From the NCBI GenBank assembly GCA_963705325.1, contig OY970069.1:4199172-4263171 (forward strand): a stretch of 64,000 bases of DNA, given 5' to 3'. Source of the stretch: an uncultured Alphaproteobacteria bacterium (lineage in GTDB: Bacteria > Pseudomonadota > Alphaproteobacteria > ATCC43930 > CGMCC-115725). A program made the translations under genes and the position numbers. The notes beneath the pieces were generated by a model that saw nothing but the letters and a program-made list of their open reading frames with translations, made no database searches and had not been told where the DNA came from. Positions 25,013-36,281 of this stretch are shown here, one piece after another (the stretch's first letter is position 1; every line of letters begins with the position of its first letter).

Positions 25013-25108
25013 TGTGCGGTCGCCCCTTGGGGGCCGTGCGTTGAGATCGGGGCTGGGCCATGGGGCCAGCCCGACAACCCGTGTCGCTCATTGGAGGATA
25101 TGGTCATG
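25013..25108 (+). promoter_or_regulatory. ROSE-like 5-prime UTR RNA thermometer
   Basis: About 95-nt leader with a strong hairpin GGGCUGGGCC-AUG-GGGCCAGCCC. The 3-prime segment GUCGCUCAUUGGAGGAUAUGGUCAUG closely resembles the conserved ROSE hairpin (UUGCUCCUUGGAGGAUUUGGCUAUG, from memory). Confidence 0.55.
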
Positions 25109-25573
25109 GATCGTTTCGACTTTTCACCTTTGTTCCGTTCGACGATCGGCTTCGATCGCCTCGCCCGTCTGGTCGATAGCGCCACCCGCTTCGACGGCGC
25201 GGCTCCCACCTACCCGCCGTACAACATCGAGTCGACCGGCGAAGACTCCTACCGCCTGACCATGGCGGTGGCTGGCTTCTCGCGCGACGAGATCGACATC
25301 ACGGTGCAGGAGAACTCGCTGGTGATCTCGGGCAAGGCGCAGAAGGAGGATGAAGAGGCGAATGGCCGCTATCTGCATCGCGGCATCGCCCGGCGCGCCT
25401 TCGAGCGACGCTTCAGCCTTGCCGACCACATCAAGGTGAGCGGCGCGAGCATGGTTAACGGCTTGCTGCACGTCGACCTGGTGCGCGAAGTACCGGAAGA
25501 GGCCAAGCCTCGCCAGATCAAGATCGGCGACGTGGCAAAGCAGCCGCAGGTGACGCAGCAAAAGGCCGCGTAA
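25106..25573 (+). CDS. Hsp20 family small heat shock protein (IbpA-like)
   Basis: MDRFDFSPLFRSTIGFDRLARLVDSA...YPPYNIE..., IbpA/HspA-like. Start moved to the third ATG (25106) because GGAGGA at 25093-25098 is the SD. Confidence 0.9.
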   Translation: MDRFDFSPLFRSTIGFDRLARLVDSATRFDGAAPTYPPYNIESTGEDSYRLTMAVAGFSRDEIDITVQENSLVISGKAQKEDEEANGRYLHRGIARRAFERRFSLADHIKVSGASMVNGLLHVDLVREVPEEAKPRQIKIGDVAKQPQVTQQKAA

Positions 25574-25597
25574 CTGATGCGCTCTAGCCGAAATGGA

Positions 25598-25627
25598 AAC
25601 GCCCCCGGGAGACCGGGGGCGTTTTTC
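25598..25627 (+). terminator. intrinsic terminator
   Basis: AACGCCCCCGG-gaga-CCGGGGGCGTT followed by TTTTC. Lies between the convergent hsp20 and corA genes. Confidence 0.75.
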
Positions 25628-25630
25628 ACG

Positions 25631-26617
25631 TCAGAACCACCCCCTAAACTTGAACCACGCGATTGGCAGCACCGCGCTGAGGAAAATCAGGCTGAGCCCG
25701 TAGGGATAGCCCCAAGCCCAGTCGAGCTCCGGCATCATGTGGAAATTCATCCCGTACATGCTGGCCACCAGGGTCGGCGGAACGCCGACGACCGACACGA
25801 TGGTCAGCACCTTGATGATGTTGTTCTGCTCGATGTTGATCAGACCCAATGTCGCATCGAGCGGCAGCTGCACTTTGTTGAGTAGGTGCCCGTCGTAATC
25901 GCTGAGCGAGGCCACGTCGTGGCGCACGGTTTCGAGTTCGACCCTGGTCTCGGCGCTGATCCAGTCCGCGCCGTGGATCGCCACAAAGGGGACGATGCGC
26001 GCTATGCCGAGCAGCGCATCGCGGATTTGCGACGCCAGGTCGCCACCCTGACCGACCCGCCGCAGGGCGTCCCGCAGAGTGGCTTGTTCGCGTGCCGGCC
26101 GTTGGGTGGAGCCGTCGGGGTCAACCCGAAACAGACGATGCGACAACGCATCGAGATCGGCGGCGATTATCTCAAGCACGTCCGCAAGGCGATCGACCAC
26201 CGCCTCCACCAGACCGGCGAACACCGCCGAGCTGCCATCAATTTGATGATGGGGCCGGGCCAATGCCTGTGCAAAGGTCGCGAACGCGACAAGAGGCTTG
26301 AACCGTACCGTCACCAGGAATTGTCGGGTTAGGACAAATCCAACCGGCGCCGTTTCCGGGCGATTGGCATCGCCGCGGTGAACCAGCGGCGCGCTCAGAA
26401 ATAGTGCGCCGTTCTCGACATAGAGGCGGCTAGACGCTTCGATCTCCGACAAATCCTCCAGAGTGGGCACTTGCAGACGGGTCACTCGCTCGACGAATGC
26501 GACTTCCTCGGGGGCAGGATTTATCAGATCGAGCCAGACGATGTCGGGCGGCAGCGCCGAAGACGCGAGGTCGCCCTGGAGTTGTGCGGCGCCCTCGGTC
26601 CGGCAAAGAGCAAGCAT
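25631..26617 (-). CDS. corA: magnesium/cobalt transporter CorA
   Basis: YGMNF motif and two C-terminal TMs; 328 aa. Confidence 0.9.
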   Translation of the reverse strand: MLALCRTEGAAQLQGDLASSALPPDIVWLDLINPAPEEVAFVERVTRLQVPTLEDLSEIEASSRLYVENGALFLSAPLVHRGDANRPETAPVGFVLTRQFLVTVRFKPLVAFATFAQALARPHHQIDGSSAVFAGLVEAVVDRLADVLEIIAADLDALSHRLFRVDPDGSTQRPAREQATLRDALRRVGQGGDLASQIRDALLGIARIVPFVAIHGADWISAETRVELETVRHDVASLSDYDGHLLNKVQLPLDATLGLINIEQNNIIKVLTIVSVVGVPPTLVASMYGMNFHMMPELDWAWGYPYGLSLIFLSAVLPIAWFKFRGWF

Positions 26618-26646
26618 GGTCGTCTCAACCCGCCATCAGCAACAGA

Positions 26647-27258
26647 TCACAATCCGCCCTGCTGTATGACAAACTCGACGATCTCGGCGACACCTTTTCC
26701 ATTTTTGAGGTTGCTGAAGACGAACGGCCGCTCGCCCCGCATCTTTTTAGCGTCCCGGTCCATGATGTCGAGGCTGGCGCCGACCAATGGCGCGAGGTCG
26801 ATCTTGTTGATGACCAGGAGGTCGGAGCGCGTGATACCGGGCCCGCCCTTGCGCGGAATTTTATCTCCGGCGGCGACGTCGATGACATAGATCGTCAGAT
26901 CGGCCAATTCCGGTGAGAACGTCGCTGCGAGATTGTCGCCGCCGGACTCGATCAGAATCACGTCGAGGCGTGGAAACAGCCGATTCAATTCGTCGACCGC
27001 GGCGAGGTTGATCGACGCGTCCTCGCGGATCGCGGTGTGCGGGCAGCCGCCGGTCTCGACCCCGCGGATTCGCTCGGGCGGCAGCGCGCCGCTGCGGGTC
27101 AAAAACTCGGCGTCCTCGCGGGTATAGATGTCGTTGGTGATCGCGACGATCTCGAAGCGGGCGCGCATCCGCTTGCAGAGGTGATCCATCAGCGCGGTCT
27201 TGCCCGAACCGACCGGCCCGCCAATGCCGATGCGCAGCGGCCCCCTATCGGCGCTCAT
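26647..27258 (-). CDS. ureG: urease accessory GTPase UreG
   Basis: 203 aa from the ATG at 27258 ([12 protein letters not shown]-loop). ATGA overlap with the ureF stop. Confidence 0.95.
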   Translation of the reverse strand: MSADRGPLRIGIGGPVGSGKTALMDHLCKRMRARFEIVAITNDIYTREDAEFLTRSGALPPERIRGVETGGCPHTAIREDASINLAAVDELNRLFPRLDVILIESGGDNLAATFSPELADLTIYVIDVAAGDKIPRKGGPGITRSDLLVINKIDLAPLVGASLDIMDRDAKKMRGERPFVFSNLKNGKGVAEIVEFVIQQGGL

Positions 27259-27941
27259 GCGCGGAACAGCCGTGAATATTGGGTCTCGTGAGCCATCGAG
27301 GCGAGGTCCGCCGCGAAGGTCGCCGCGCCGAAATCCTCGGCCCCGCGCGCCACCGCCGCCTCGACCGCGCCGGCAACCACCGGCTCCAGTGCCGCGAGGA
27401 TGCGCTGCCCGTCGTTTTGCCCGATGACCCCGAGCCTCAGCCCTGCGGACATCAGATTGGCCGCGAAGGCATGCAGATAGCCGGTCAGCGCTTCTCTCAA
27501 CCCGATAGAAGCCTGCGCCGCAGCCGCGCCGAACGCCGCGGCGTAACAAATGGCGTCGTTGTCGGACTTGAAGAGACCGGCTGCCTCGGCCCAAGCCGCC
27601 TCATAGGCGGCGACAAACGCCGCGCCCTGCTGGCTCGCCTCCAAAGCCAATTCCGCAGTTGCCCGATAAGCGCAGCCGCGGCGATTGGCCTCGGCAAGCG
27701 CCGTGTCGTCGCCCGCGGCCGCGGCGCGCCAAACATCACGAACGATGTCTGCGTCGACCCGGCCGCTGCCCTTCGCCAACACCGCCGCTATCCAGCCCTG
27801 CAAGCCCGCCCGGTCATGCACCGCGCCATCGGCCACGGCGGCCTCGAGCCCGTGCGAATAGCTGAAGCCGCCGGTCGGGAAAGCCGGAGAAATCCAGGCA
27901 AGCAGCCGGTAAAGCCCGGCCAATCTCGGCTCAGTGCTCAT
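27255..27941 (-). CDS. ureF: urease accessory protein UreF
   Basis: [27 protein letters not shown]. The start is ambiguous (27941, 27947 or 28016). Confidence 0.85.
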   Translation of the reverse strand: MSTEPRLAGLYRLLAWISPAFPTGGFSYSHGLEAAVADGAVHDRAGLQGWIAAVLAKGSGRVDADIVRDVWRAAAAGDDTALAEANRRGCAYRATAELALEASQQGAAFVAAYEAAWAEAAGLFKSDNDAICYAAAFGAAAAQASIGLREALTGYLHAFAANLMSAGLRLGVIGQNDGQRILAALEPVVAGAVEAAVARGAEDFGAATFAADLASMAHETQYSRLFRA

Positions 27942-28386
27942 GGCCATGCTCGGCCCCGGCATAGGCGCCGGTCTCGGGGTCGAACGGCGCGTTGAGGCGG
28001 ATCGACCGTCCGCCAAGCCCCTCCACCATCTGGGCGATCACATGATCGTCGCGGACGCGCAGTCTGCCTTCCAGTGCCTGCACCGGCAGGTGCCGGTTGC
28101 CCAGATGCCAGGCGAGACGCAGCAGTTCGGCCGGGCCGTCAGCCTCGATTTCCAGCACCCGCTCGGGCGCGGAGCAGACCCGCACATAACCGCCATCGTC
28201 GAGCTCGAGCCCGTCGCCGTCGGCGAGATGCTGCACCCGCGCCAAATCGAGCATGAACGGCGTGCCGCTATCGGCGACCAAGCGAAGCCGCCGCCGGTGC
28301 CGGTCGACAAAGGCCAGGGTGACGCGGTCGATCGCCGCCTCTTCGGGCCAATGCCCGCCCTTATGAGCCGCGATCGCCCGGCGCAT
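27931..28386 (-). CDS. ureE: urease accessory metallochaperone UreE
   Basis: 151 aa with an LGNRH motif and a His-rich tail EHGHEH. Confidence 0.85.
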   Translation of the reverse strand: MRRAIAAHKGGHWPEEAAIDRVTLAFVDRHRRRLRLVADSGTPFMLDLARVQHLADGDGLELDDGGYVRVCSAPERVLEIEADGPAELLRLAWHLGNRHLPVQALEGRLRVRDDHVIAQMVEGLGGRSIRLNAPFDPETGAYAGAEHGHEH

Positions 28387-28499
28387 GCTTTACCTCGCTT
28401 TCATCGCGGAGAGCCGAAGGCGTCGAAGCAATCTCGCGCGAAGGAATCTCCATTGGCTCGAGATTGTTGCGCTGCGCTCGGGATGACGACCATACGCGA

Positions 28500-30208
<1,709 letters not shown>

Positions 30209-30209
<1 letters not shown>

Positions 30210-30514
30210 TAGAGGCTCCCGTTCACACGTCCGTTGAAGCCGAAAACGCGGCGGCCGCCGGCATAGGCGACGAGCCGCACCTCACGGCTCTGCCCCGGCT
30301 CGAACCGGGTCGCGGTACCGGCCGGAATGTCGAGCCGGAAGCCGCGGGTCTTGTCGCGATCAAAGGCGAGCGCGGCGTTGGTCTCGTAGAAATGATAATG
30401 CGATCCGACCTGGATCGGCCGGTCGCCGGTATTGGCGACGGTGACAGTCACGGCGGGCCGGCCAGTATTCAGCTCGATATCGCCGGCGGCGACGAAGATT
30501 TCGCCCGGGATCAT
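30209..30514 (-). CDS. ureB: urease beta subunit
   Basis: MIPGEI...[11 protein letters not shown]; 101 aa. Confidence 0.95.
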
Positions 30515-30813
30515 CGGATCGGCTCGTGCACGGTGACGAGCTTAGTGCCGTCGGGAAAGGTTGCCTCGACCTGGATTTCGTGGATCATCTCCGGCACGCC
30601 CTCCATGACCTGTGCACGCGACAGCACCGTCGCGCCGTCCCGCATTAGATCGGCGACGGTCTTGCCGTCACGCGCGCCTTCGAGCACGTAGTCGGTAATG
30701 AGCGCCACAGCCTCCGGGTAGTTGAGCTTGACCCCGCGCTTGAGGCGCCGTTCGGCGACCATCGCGGCGACCGCGACGATCAACTTGTCCTTCTCACGAG
30801 GGGTCAGGTTCAT
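30511..30813 (-). CDS. ureA: urease gamma subunit
   Basis: [35 protein letters not shown]; 100 aa. Confidence 0.95.
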   Translation of the reverse strand: MNLTPREKDKLIVAVAAMVAERRLKRGVKLNYPEAVALITDYVLEGARDGKTVADLMRDGATVLSRAQVMEGVPEMIHEIQVEATFPDGTKLVTVHEPIR

Positions 30814-30829
30814 GCCTTTTCCTTAGGCA

Positions 30830-31687
30830 TCAAACGTGCCAAAGCCGGGGCAGACGCGGCGGCAGCCCCATCGCGGCGTGGCGCAGGTGGCAAGCCAGAT
30901 CGGCATACGCACGGCGCAGCGGCAAGGCAGGGCCGAGCCAGCGCGCGACGAGCAGGCCGTTGACCGTGGTCACGCCTGCCGCCAGTACCTCTGCCGCCAA
31001 TTCCGCCTGCACCTCACGCGCGGCATCAACAAAGCCGCGCGCATCGCCTTGCCGCGGCGCCAGGATCAACGTCGCACAAGCCTCTGCCTCGGCGAAACAC
31101 GCCGGATCGGCCATCGTTGCCGCGACATCGTTCTCGACATGCAGCGCGTCGCCCCAGGCGAGCTGGCCGCCGCGAAAAATTTCCCAGGCTTCGTGCAGCA
31201 GCCCAGCGCTGAACCGTTCGCCCATCGCGATGCGGCCGAAGACGACGATGCCGCCACCGAGGAAGCCCGCGCCGTCCGCCAACTCGACCCGCGTGTGGCG
31301 GCGCAGTTTCGCGTCATTGAAGAGGATCGCCTCGGGCGGAACAAATTCGAGCCAGCCGCCGGCCTCGGCCGAAAGGGTCTGGTCGATCTGCGTTATCGCG
31401 CCGCTCGAGCGATAGATCTTCTCCGCGGCCGAGCCGGTGACCTGCGCCGCCGCTCCCTCTCCCACCTTGACCGCGATATCAACGCCGTCGCCGGCCACCA
31501 GGCCACCCGAAGTCGTCACCAACACCGCGACCGGCACATCGCCCGCCTCCGGCGCCGGAAACAGCACGCGCATTGGGTTTCTCTCGTAGAGATGGCTGAG
31601 CCGCGTCGCGCCGTCGCGGACGGCAAAACCGATTTCGGCGACACCCCGAACGCACGCGGGAGCGGAAAGGTCGTCAAGGGGGCTCAA
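30830..31687 (-). CDS. ureD: urease accessory protein UreD
   Basis: 285 aa, placed upstream of ureABC. The TTG start forms a TTGA overlap with the upstream ggt-like stop, so the start is uncertain. Confidence 0.85.
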   Translation of the reverse strand: MSPLDDLSAPACVRGVAEIGFAVRDGATRLSHLYERNPMRVLFPAPEAGDVPVAVLVTTSGGLVAGDGVDIAVKVGEGAAAQVTGSAAEKIYRSSGAITQIDQTLSAEAGGWLEFVPPEAILFNDAKLRRHTRVELADGAGFLGGGIVVFGRIAMGERFSAGLLHEAWEIFRGGQLAWGDALHVENDVAATMADPACFAEAEACATLILAPRQGDARGFVDAAREVQAELAAEVLAAGVTTVNGLLVARWLGPALPLRRAYADLACHLRHAAMGLPPRLPRLWHV

Positions 31688-33264
31688 TACCCGAGCGCCA
31701 TGCCGTCCTTGCGCGGCTCGGAACCGCCGATCAGCACGCCGCGCTCATGATCCATCCAGATCGCCTGGCAGCCCCCGATCGGCACCTCCAGCATCTCGAT
31801 CTTATGGCCCCGCTTCGCCAGATCGGCGCGGACGGCTTCCGGCACGAAATGCTCGGTCTGCAACACACCCTGATAGGCAAAGACACGCGGTCCCTCGGCA
31901 GCCTGCTGGGGGTCCTTCCCGCGGTCGAGCAGGTAGTGCAGGAATGTCGCGTGACCGACCGCTTGATACTGCCCGCCCATGACGCCGAACGGCATCACCG
32001 CGCGCCCGTCCTTGACCAGCATCCCGGGAATGAGTGTGTGGAACGGGCGCTTCCTCGGTGCGATCGAGCTTGGGTGGCCCGGTATTGTGCGAAAGCCGCT
32101 GCCGCGATTGTGCAGGATGACCCCGCTTTCCGGCGCCATGATCCCGGTGCCGAACGCCGAGAACAGCGAGTTGATGAACGACACCGCGTTGCCGTCTCGG
32201 TCGACGGCGCACATGTAAATCGTGTCCCTATGCTCGATCTCGTCCCAGCGTTGCGGCGGCAGTGCCTTGTCGAGCCGAATTTCGCGGCGCGTGCGCTCGG
32301 CATAGTCGTCCGAAAGGAAGCGTTCGACCCCGTTGTCGACGAAATCGGGATCGCCGATGAAATTATCGCGCACGTAATAGGCGGCCTTGGTCGCTTCGGC
32401 GATCAGATGAAGCCGGTCAGCCTCGCTGAACAACTCGCCGCCGAGCGCATAGCCCTCCAGCGTCCGCAGGATCATCAACGCCGTGAGGCCCTGATTGCTC
32501 GGCGGCACTTCGTAGACGTCGTAGCCGCGATAGGACGCATGGATCGGCTCCACCCACTCGGAGCGCTGCGCCGCGAAATCCGCCTCATCGTGGAGCCCGC
32601 CCAATTCCTTGAGCCGGTTGACGATGTCGCGCGCCACCGCGCCCTCGTAGAACGCCTCGCGGCCTTCACGGCCGATGCGGCGCAAGGTCTTGCCCAGCGC
32701 CGGGTTACGCATCGTATCGCCGGCCTTGGGCGCCTTGCCGTCCCGCAGCATGACCTTAGCCGTGTGCGGGTCTAGCAATTTATTGACATTGCGCGCCCAG
32801 TCCTGCGCGACACGCGGGGTGACGACATAGCCGTCCTCGGCCGCCTTGGCTGCCGGTTCCAGCAGCTCGGAGAGCGGCCTCGTCCCGTGCTCGCGGTTCA
32901 ACACGCACCAGGCGTCGATGCAGCCGGGAACGGTCGCCGCGTGCGGGGTTTGCACCGCGATCTCGCGGATTTGCCGCTCGGCGTACCAGTCGACAGCCGC
33001 CGCCGCCGGCGCCCGCCCCGAGCCGCTCAGCGCGATCGGCAAAGCCCCACCCTTCGAATAGAGCACAAAACAATCGCCGCCGATCCCCGTGCTTTCCGGC
33101 TCGACGACGCACTGCATCGCCACCGCGGCGATCGCCGCGTCGGCCGCGTTTCCGCCCGTGCGCAGCACATCGAGCCCCGCGAGGGTCGCGCGTGGCGCCG
33201 AGGTCGCGACCATGCCGCTGGCCGCCATCGCCGCCGAGCGGCCCGGTACATTGAAGTCGCGCAT
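31684..33264 (-). CDS. ggt: gamma-glutamyltransferase family protein
   Basis: 526 aa in the Ntn-hydrolase GGT family (MPFGVMGGQYQ, RPFHTLIPGM). Confidence 0.85.
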   Translation of the reverse strand: MRDFNVPGRSAAMAASGMVATSAPRATLAGLDVLRTGGNAADAAIAAVAMQCVVEPESTGIGGDCFVLYSKGGALPIALSGSGRAPAAAAVDWYAERQIREIAVQTPHAATVPGCIDAWCVLNREHGTRPLSELLEPAAKAAEDGYVVTPRVAQDWARNVNKLLDPHTAKVMLRDGKAPKAGDTMRNPALGKTLRRIGREGREAFYEGAVARDIVNRLKELGGLHDEADFAAQRSEWVEPIHASYRGYDVYEVPPSNQGLTALMILRTLEGYALGGELFSEADRLHLIAEATKAAYYVRDNFIGDPDFVDNGVERFLSDDYAERTRREIRLDKALPPQRWDEIEHRDTIYMCAVDRDGNAVSFINSLFSAFGTGIMAPESGVILHNRGSGFRTIPGHPSSIAPRKRPFHTLIPGMLVKDGRAVMPFGVMGGQYQAVGHATFLHYLLDRGKDPQQAAEGPRVFAYQGVLQTEHFVPEAVRADLAKRGHKIEMLEVPIGGCQAIWMDHERGVLIGGSEPRKDGMALGY

Positions 33265-33382
33265 CTTCCGGTTCGTCTCCCGCTATTCCCGCCGGTGCAA
33301 TCCAGACCGGCAGGCTTCCCGCTTGTCGTTCTCTCATGCACCGTCCTACCTTGCCGGTCAATTCGCGTGACCGAGGACACAA

Positions 33383-34417
33383 ATGGACGGCAGCCTGCAA
33401 TTCCCGGTCGCGACGCCGCCGGCGCCCGGCGAAACCGTGGCGATCGCGCCCGGCGTCTATTGGCTGCGCATGCGCCTGCCCTTCGCGCTCAACCACATCA
33501 ATCTATGGCTGCTCGAAGACGGGCCGGGCTGGACCATCGTCGATTGTGGCTACGCGCTCGACGAGGCCTGCGAAGCCTGGGACCGTATTTTCGCCGAGAC
33601 GCTGGGCGGTCGCCCGGTTCGGCGGGTCATTGTCACCCATTATCACCCCGACCACATCGGCCTTGCGTCCTGGCTGACTGAGCGCTGGGAGGCGCCGCTG
33701 TGGATCAGCGAGAAGGAATGGCTGCACGCGCGGATGCATGCACTCGGCTCCGGCGGCGATGCTTCGGAGACCCTGCGTCGCGATTTCGCGAAGCGCGCCG
33801 GCCTCGATGAGGAGACCAGCCAAGTTTTCGCCGAGCGTCAGGGCTATTATCGCCTCGGCGTCCCGTCAGTGCCGCAGACCTACCGCCGCATCGGCGAGGG
33901 CAGCTCGATCGAGATCGGCGGGCGCGACTGGCGGGTGATCGTCGGCGAGGGGCACGCCCCTGAGCACGCCTGCCTCTACTGCGCCGAGAGCGGCGTGCTG
34001 ATCGCGGGTGACCAAATCCTGCCGCGCATCTCGCCCAATATCAGCGTGCAGACCTATGAGCCCAACGGCGACCCGCTGGCGCGCTACATTCATTCGCTGA
34101 AGAAGCTTCGCGCCGCGCTACCGCCCGACATCCTCGTCCTGCCTTCGCATGATCTGCCGTTCTACGGCGTCCACGAACGGATCGACGAGCTCGCAGCGCA
34201 CCATGAGGCGCGCTGCGACGAGGTGATTACCGCCTGCGCGCGGCCGATGAGCGCGGCCGATCTGATGCCGGTGCTGTTCCGCCGCCAGCTAGACCGCCAT
34301 CAGATGGGGTTCGCGCTCGGCGAGGCGCTCGCGCACCTGCATTATCTCGAAGGGCAAAGCGCCCTCGCCCGCGAAACCGGTAGAGACGGCGTCCATCGCT
34401 TCCTCGCGAACGCCTGA
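33383..34417 (+). CDS. MBL-fold metallo-hydrolase
   Basis: HYHPDH metal-binding motif; 344 aa. Confidence 0.8.
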   Translation: MDGSLQFPVATPPAPGETVAIAPGVYWLRMRLPFALNHINLWLLEDGPGWTIVDCGYALDEACEAWDRIFAETLGGRPVRRVIVTHYHPDHIGLASWLTERWEAPLWISEKEWLHARMHALGSGGDASETLRRDFAKRAGLDEETSQVFAERQGYYRLGVPSVPQTYRRIGEGSSIEIGGRDWRVIVGEGHAPEHACLYCAESGVLIAGDQILPRISPNISVQTYEPNGDPLARYIHSLKKLRAALPPDILVLPSHDLPFYGVHERIDELAAHHEARCDEVITACARPMSAADLMPVLFRRQLDRHQMGFALGEALAHLHYLEGQSALARETGRDGVHRFLANA

Positions 34418-34419
34418 CC

Positions 34420-34890
34420 CTATTTCGGCGCCGCTCGCTGCTTTCCTGCAGCGACGTCGGCGCGAACCCGCTGGCTCGCCATCAGCATTTCCGTGGCGAA
34501 GGCAGCGATTGAGAGGAGCGTGCAACCAATCGCCAGACCGAACGTCACGAGCAGCATCGTCGCCACCGCCAGTCCACCCGTCTCGCCAACGAATAGGGCG
34601 AGCACCGTGGCGCAGGTCGACGCGCCTCCCGCGGCCGCAAGCGCGACAGCGCAATCGAGCGCGCGCGAACGGCGATGCAGGTGATCGAGCTGAAGGTGCA
34701 GGACGGCTGCCTCACCGGCATCGGCGCCGATAAGCGCCTTGGCCGCCGCATCGACCTGATCGGCGACGCGGGCGAACCGCGTCGAGAACACGTTGAGCAA
34801 TGTCGCGATGCCTGAAAGCAGAAACACCGGCGCCAGCGCGACCTGGATGATGTGAACGACCGAGGCGATGGCGTCCGAAGTCGCGGCCAC
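34420..34890 (-). CDS. DUF2721-like membrane protein
   Basis: 156 aa with 3 TM segments. N-terminal HIIQVALAPVFLLSGIATLLNVFSTRFARV resembles DUF2721 (from memory). Confidence 0.5.
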   Translation of the reverse strand: MAATSDAIASVVHIIQVALAPVFLLSGIATLLNVFSTRFARVADQVDAAAKALIGADAGEAAVLHLQLDHLHRRSRALDCAVALAAAGGASTCATVLALFVGETGGLAVATMLLVTFGLAIGCTLLSIAAFATEMLMASQRVRADVAAGKQRAAPK

Positions 34891-34931
34891 GCCGATGCGG
34901 CCCCTCGCTTACGAGGCGCTTGCCGTCAGGA

Positions 34932-35600
34932 TTAGACCGCCGGGGCCTTCAGCACCTTCATATCAGGCGCCTTGTGCAAGGTCGCTTCGGTCTTTTGCTG
35001 CAAGGTGTCGAAATCGACGTCTTCGACCATCTCTCGCACGACGAAACCCCGCGCGGTCACGTCGATCACCGCAAAGTCGGTGTAGATGCGCCGAACGACC
35101 CGAGACGCGGTCAGCGGATAGTGACACTGCTTGCGCAGTCGGGGCGCGCCGTCGCGCGTCATATGCTCGACCAGCACACGGATTTCCCTGGCGCCGACCG
35201 CCAAATCCATCGCCCCGCCAACCCCGGGCGGAAAGGTCGGATCGTCTGTCGTCCAGTTGGCGAGGTCGCCGTTTTCCGCCACCTCGAAGGCTCCGAGCAG
35301 CGCCAGGTCGAGATGCCCGCCGCGGATCATCAGGAACGAGTTGGTGTGGTGGACGTAGCTCCCGCCAGTCAACAGCGTCACCGGCTGCTTGCCGGCGTTG
35401 ACGAGGTCGAGATCGACCTCGTTGGCGCCCGGAGCCGGGCCGACGCCAAGGACTCCATTCTCGCTCTGGAGGACGATCTCGCGCCCCTCGGGCAGCACGT
35501 CGGCAACGAGGGTCGGCAGACCGATGCCAAGGTTGACGTAAACCCCGTCAGCGAGGTCTTGCGCGGCGCGCCAGGCGATCTGTTTGCGGCTGAGCGGCAT
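34932..35600 (-). CDS. scoB: 3-oxoacid CoA-transferase subunit B
   Basis: 222 aa containing the ENG motif with the catalytic Glu (LQSENG). Confidence 0.9.
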   Translation of the reverse strand: MPLSRKQIAWRAAQDLADGVYVNLGIGLPTLVADVLPEGREIVLQSENGVLGVGPAPGANEVDLDLVNAGKQPVTLLTGGSYVHHTNSFLMIRGGHLDLALLGAFEVAENGDLANWTTDDPTFPPGVGGAMDLAVGAREIRVLVEHMTRDGAPRLRKQCHYPLTASRVVRRIYTDFAVIDVTARGFVVREMVEDVDFDTLQQKTEATLHKAPDMKVLKAPAV

Positions 35601-35613
35601 GGCGTTTCTCCTG

Positions 35614-36279
35614 CTAGACCGGCACCACGACCATGCGGTCGATGAAGATGCCTGGGGTGACGATGTGCTCGGGGTCGATCTCCCCCAATTCGCAGAATTG
35701 GCGGATCTGGACGATCGACAACTCGGCGGCCTGGGCCATCGTCGGGTTAAAGTTTCGCGCGGACTTATTGTAAGTGAGGTTGCCCCAGCGGTCGCCGCGA
35801 TCCGCCTTCAACAGCGAGACGTCGCCCCGCAGCGGCTTTTCCAGCACATAGCGGCGACCGTCGATCTCGCGCTCTTCTTTGCCCTCGGCGAGGCGCGTCC
35901 CGACCCCCACCGGAGAGAAGAACCCGCCGAGCCCGGCCGCGGCGCAGCGCATCCGTTCGGAAAGGATACCCTGCGGCACCAGCTCCAGCTCGATCTTGCC
36001 TTCCTTGTACAGCTCCTCGAATACGACCGAGCCGGCGCTGCGGGGGAACGAGCAGATGATCTTCCGGATGCGCCCGGCATCCATGAGGCCCGCGAGCCCG
36101 GTGCGGCCGGTCCCGGCATTGTTATTGACGATGGTGAGGTCCTTCGCCCCCTGCTCCAGGAGGGCGCCGTAGAGGGCCTCGGGCGAGCCAGCGCCGCCAA
36201 ACCCACCCGTCAGCACCAGCGCGCCGTCCTTGATGCCCTCGACCGCCTCGGCGAGGCTGCGAACCCGTTTGTCGATCAT
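35614..36279 (-). CDS. scoA: 3-oxoacid CoA-transferase subunit A
   Basis: 221 aa; GGFGGAGSPEAL glycine loop. Confidence 0.9.
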   Translation of the reverse strand: MIDKRVRSLAEAVEGIKDGALVLTGGFGGAGSPEALYGALLEQGAKDLTIVNNNAGTGRTGLAGLMDAGRIRKIICSFPRSAGSVVFEELYKEGKIELELVPQGILSERMRCAAAGLGGFFSPVGVGTRLAEGKEEREIDGRRYVLEKPLRGDVSLLKADRGDRWGNLTYNKSARNFNPTMAQAAELSIVQIRQFCELGEIDPEHIVTPGIFIDRMVVVPV

Positions 36280-36281
36280 CG

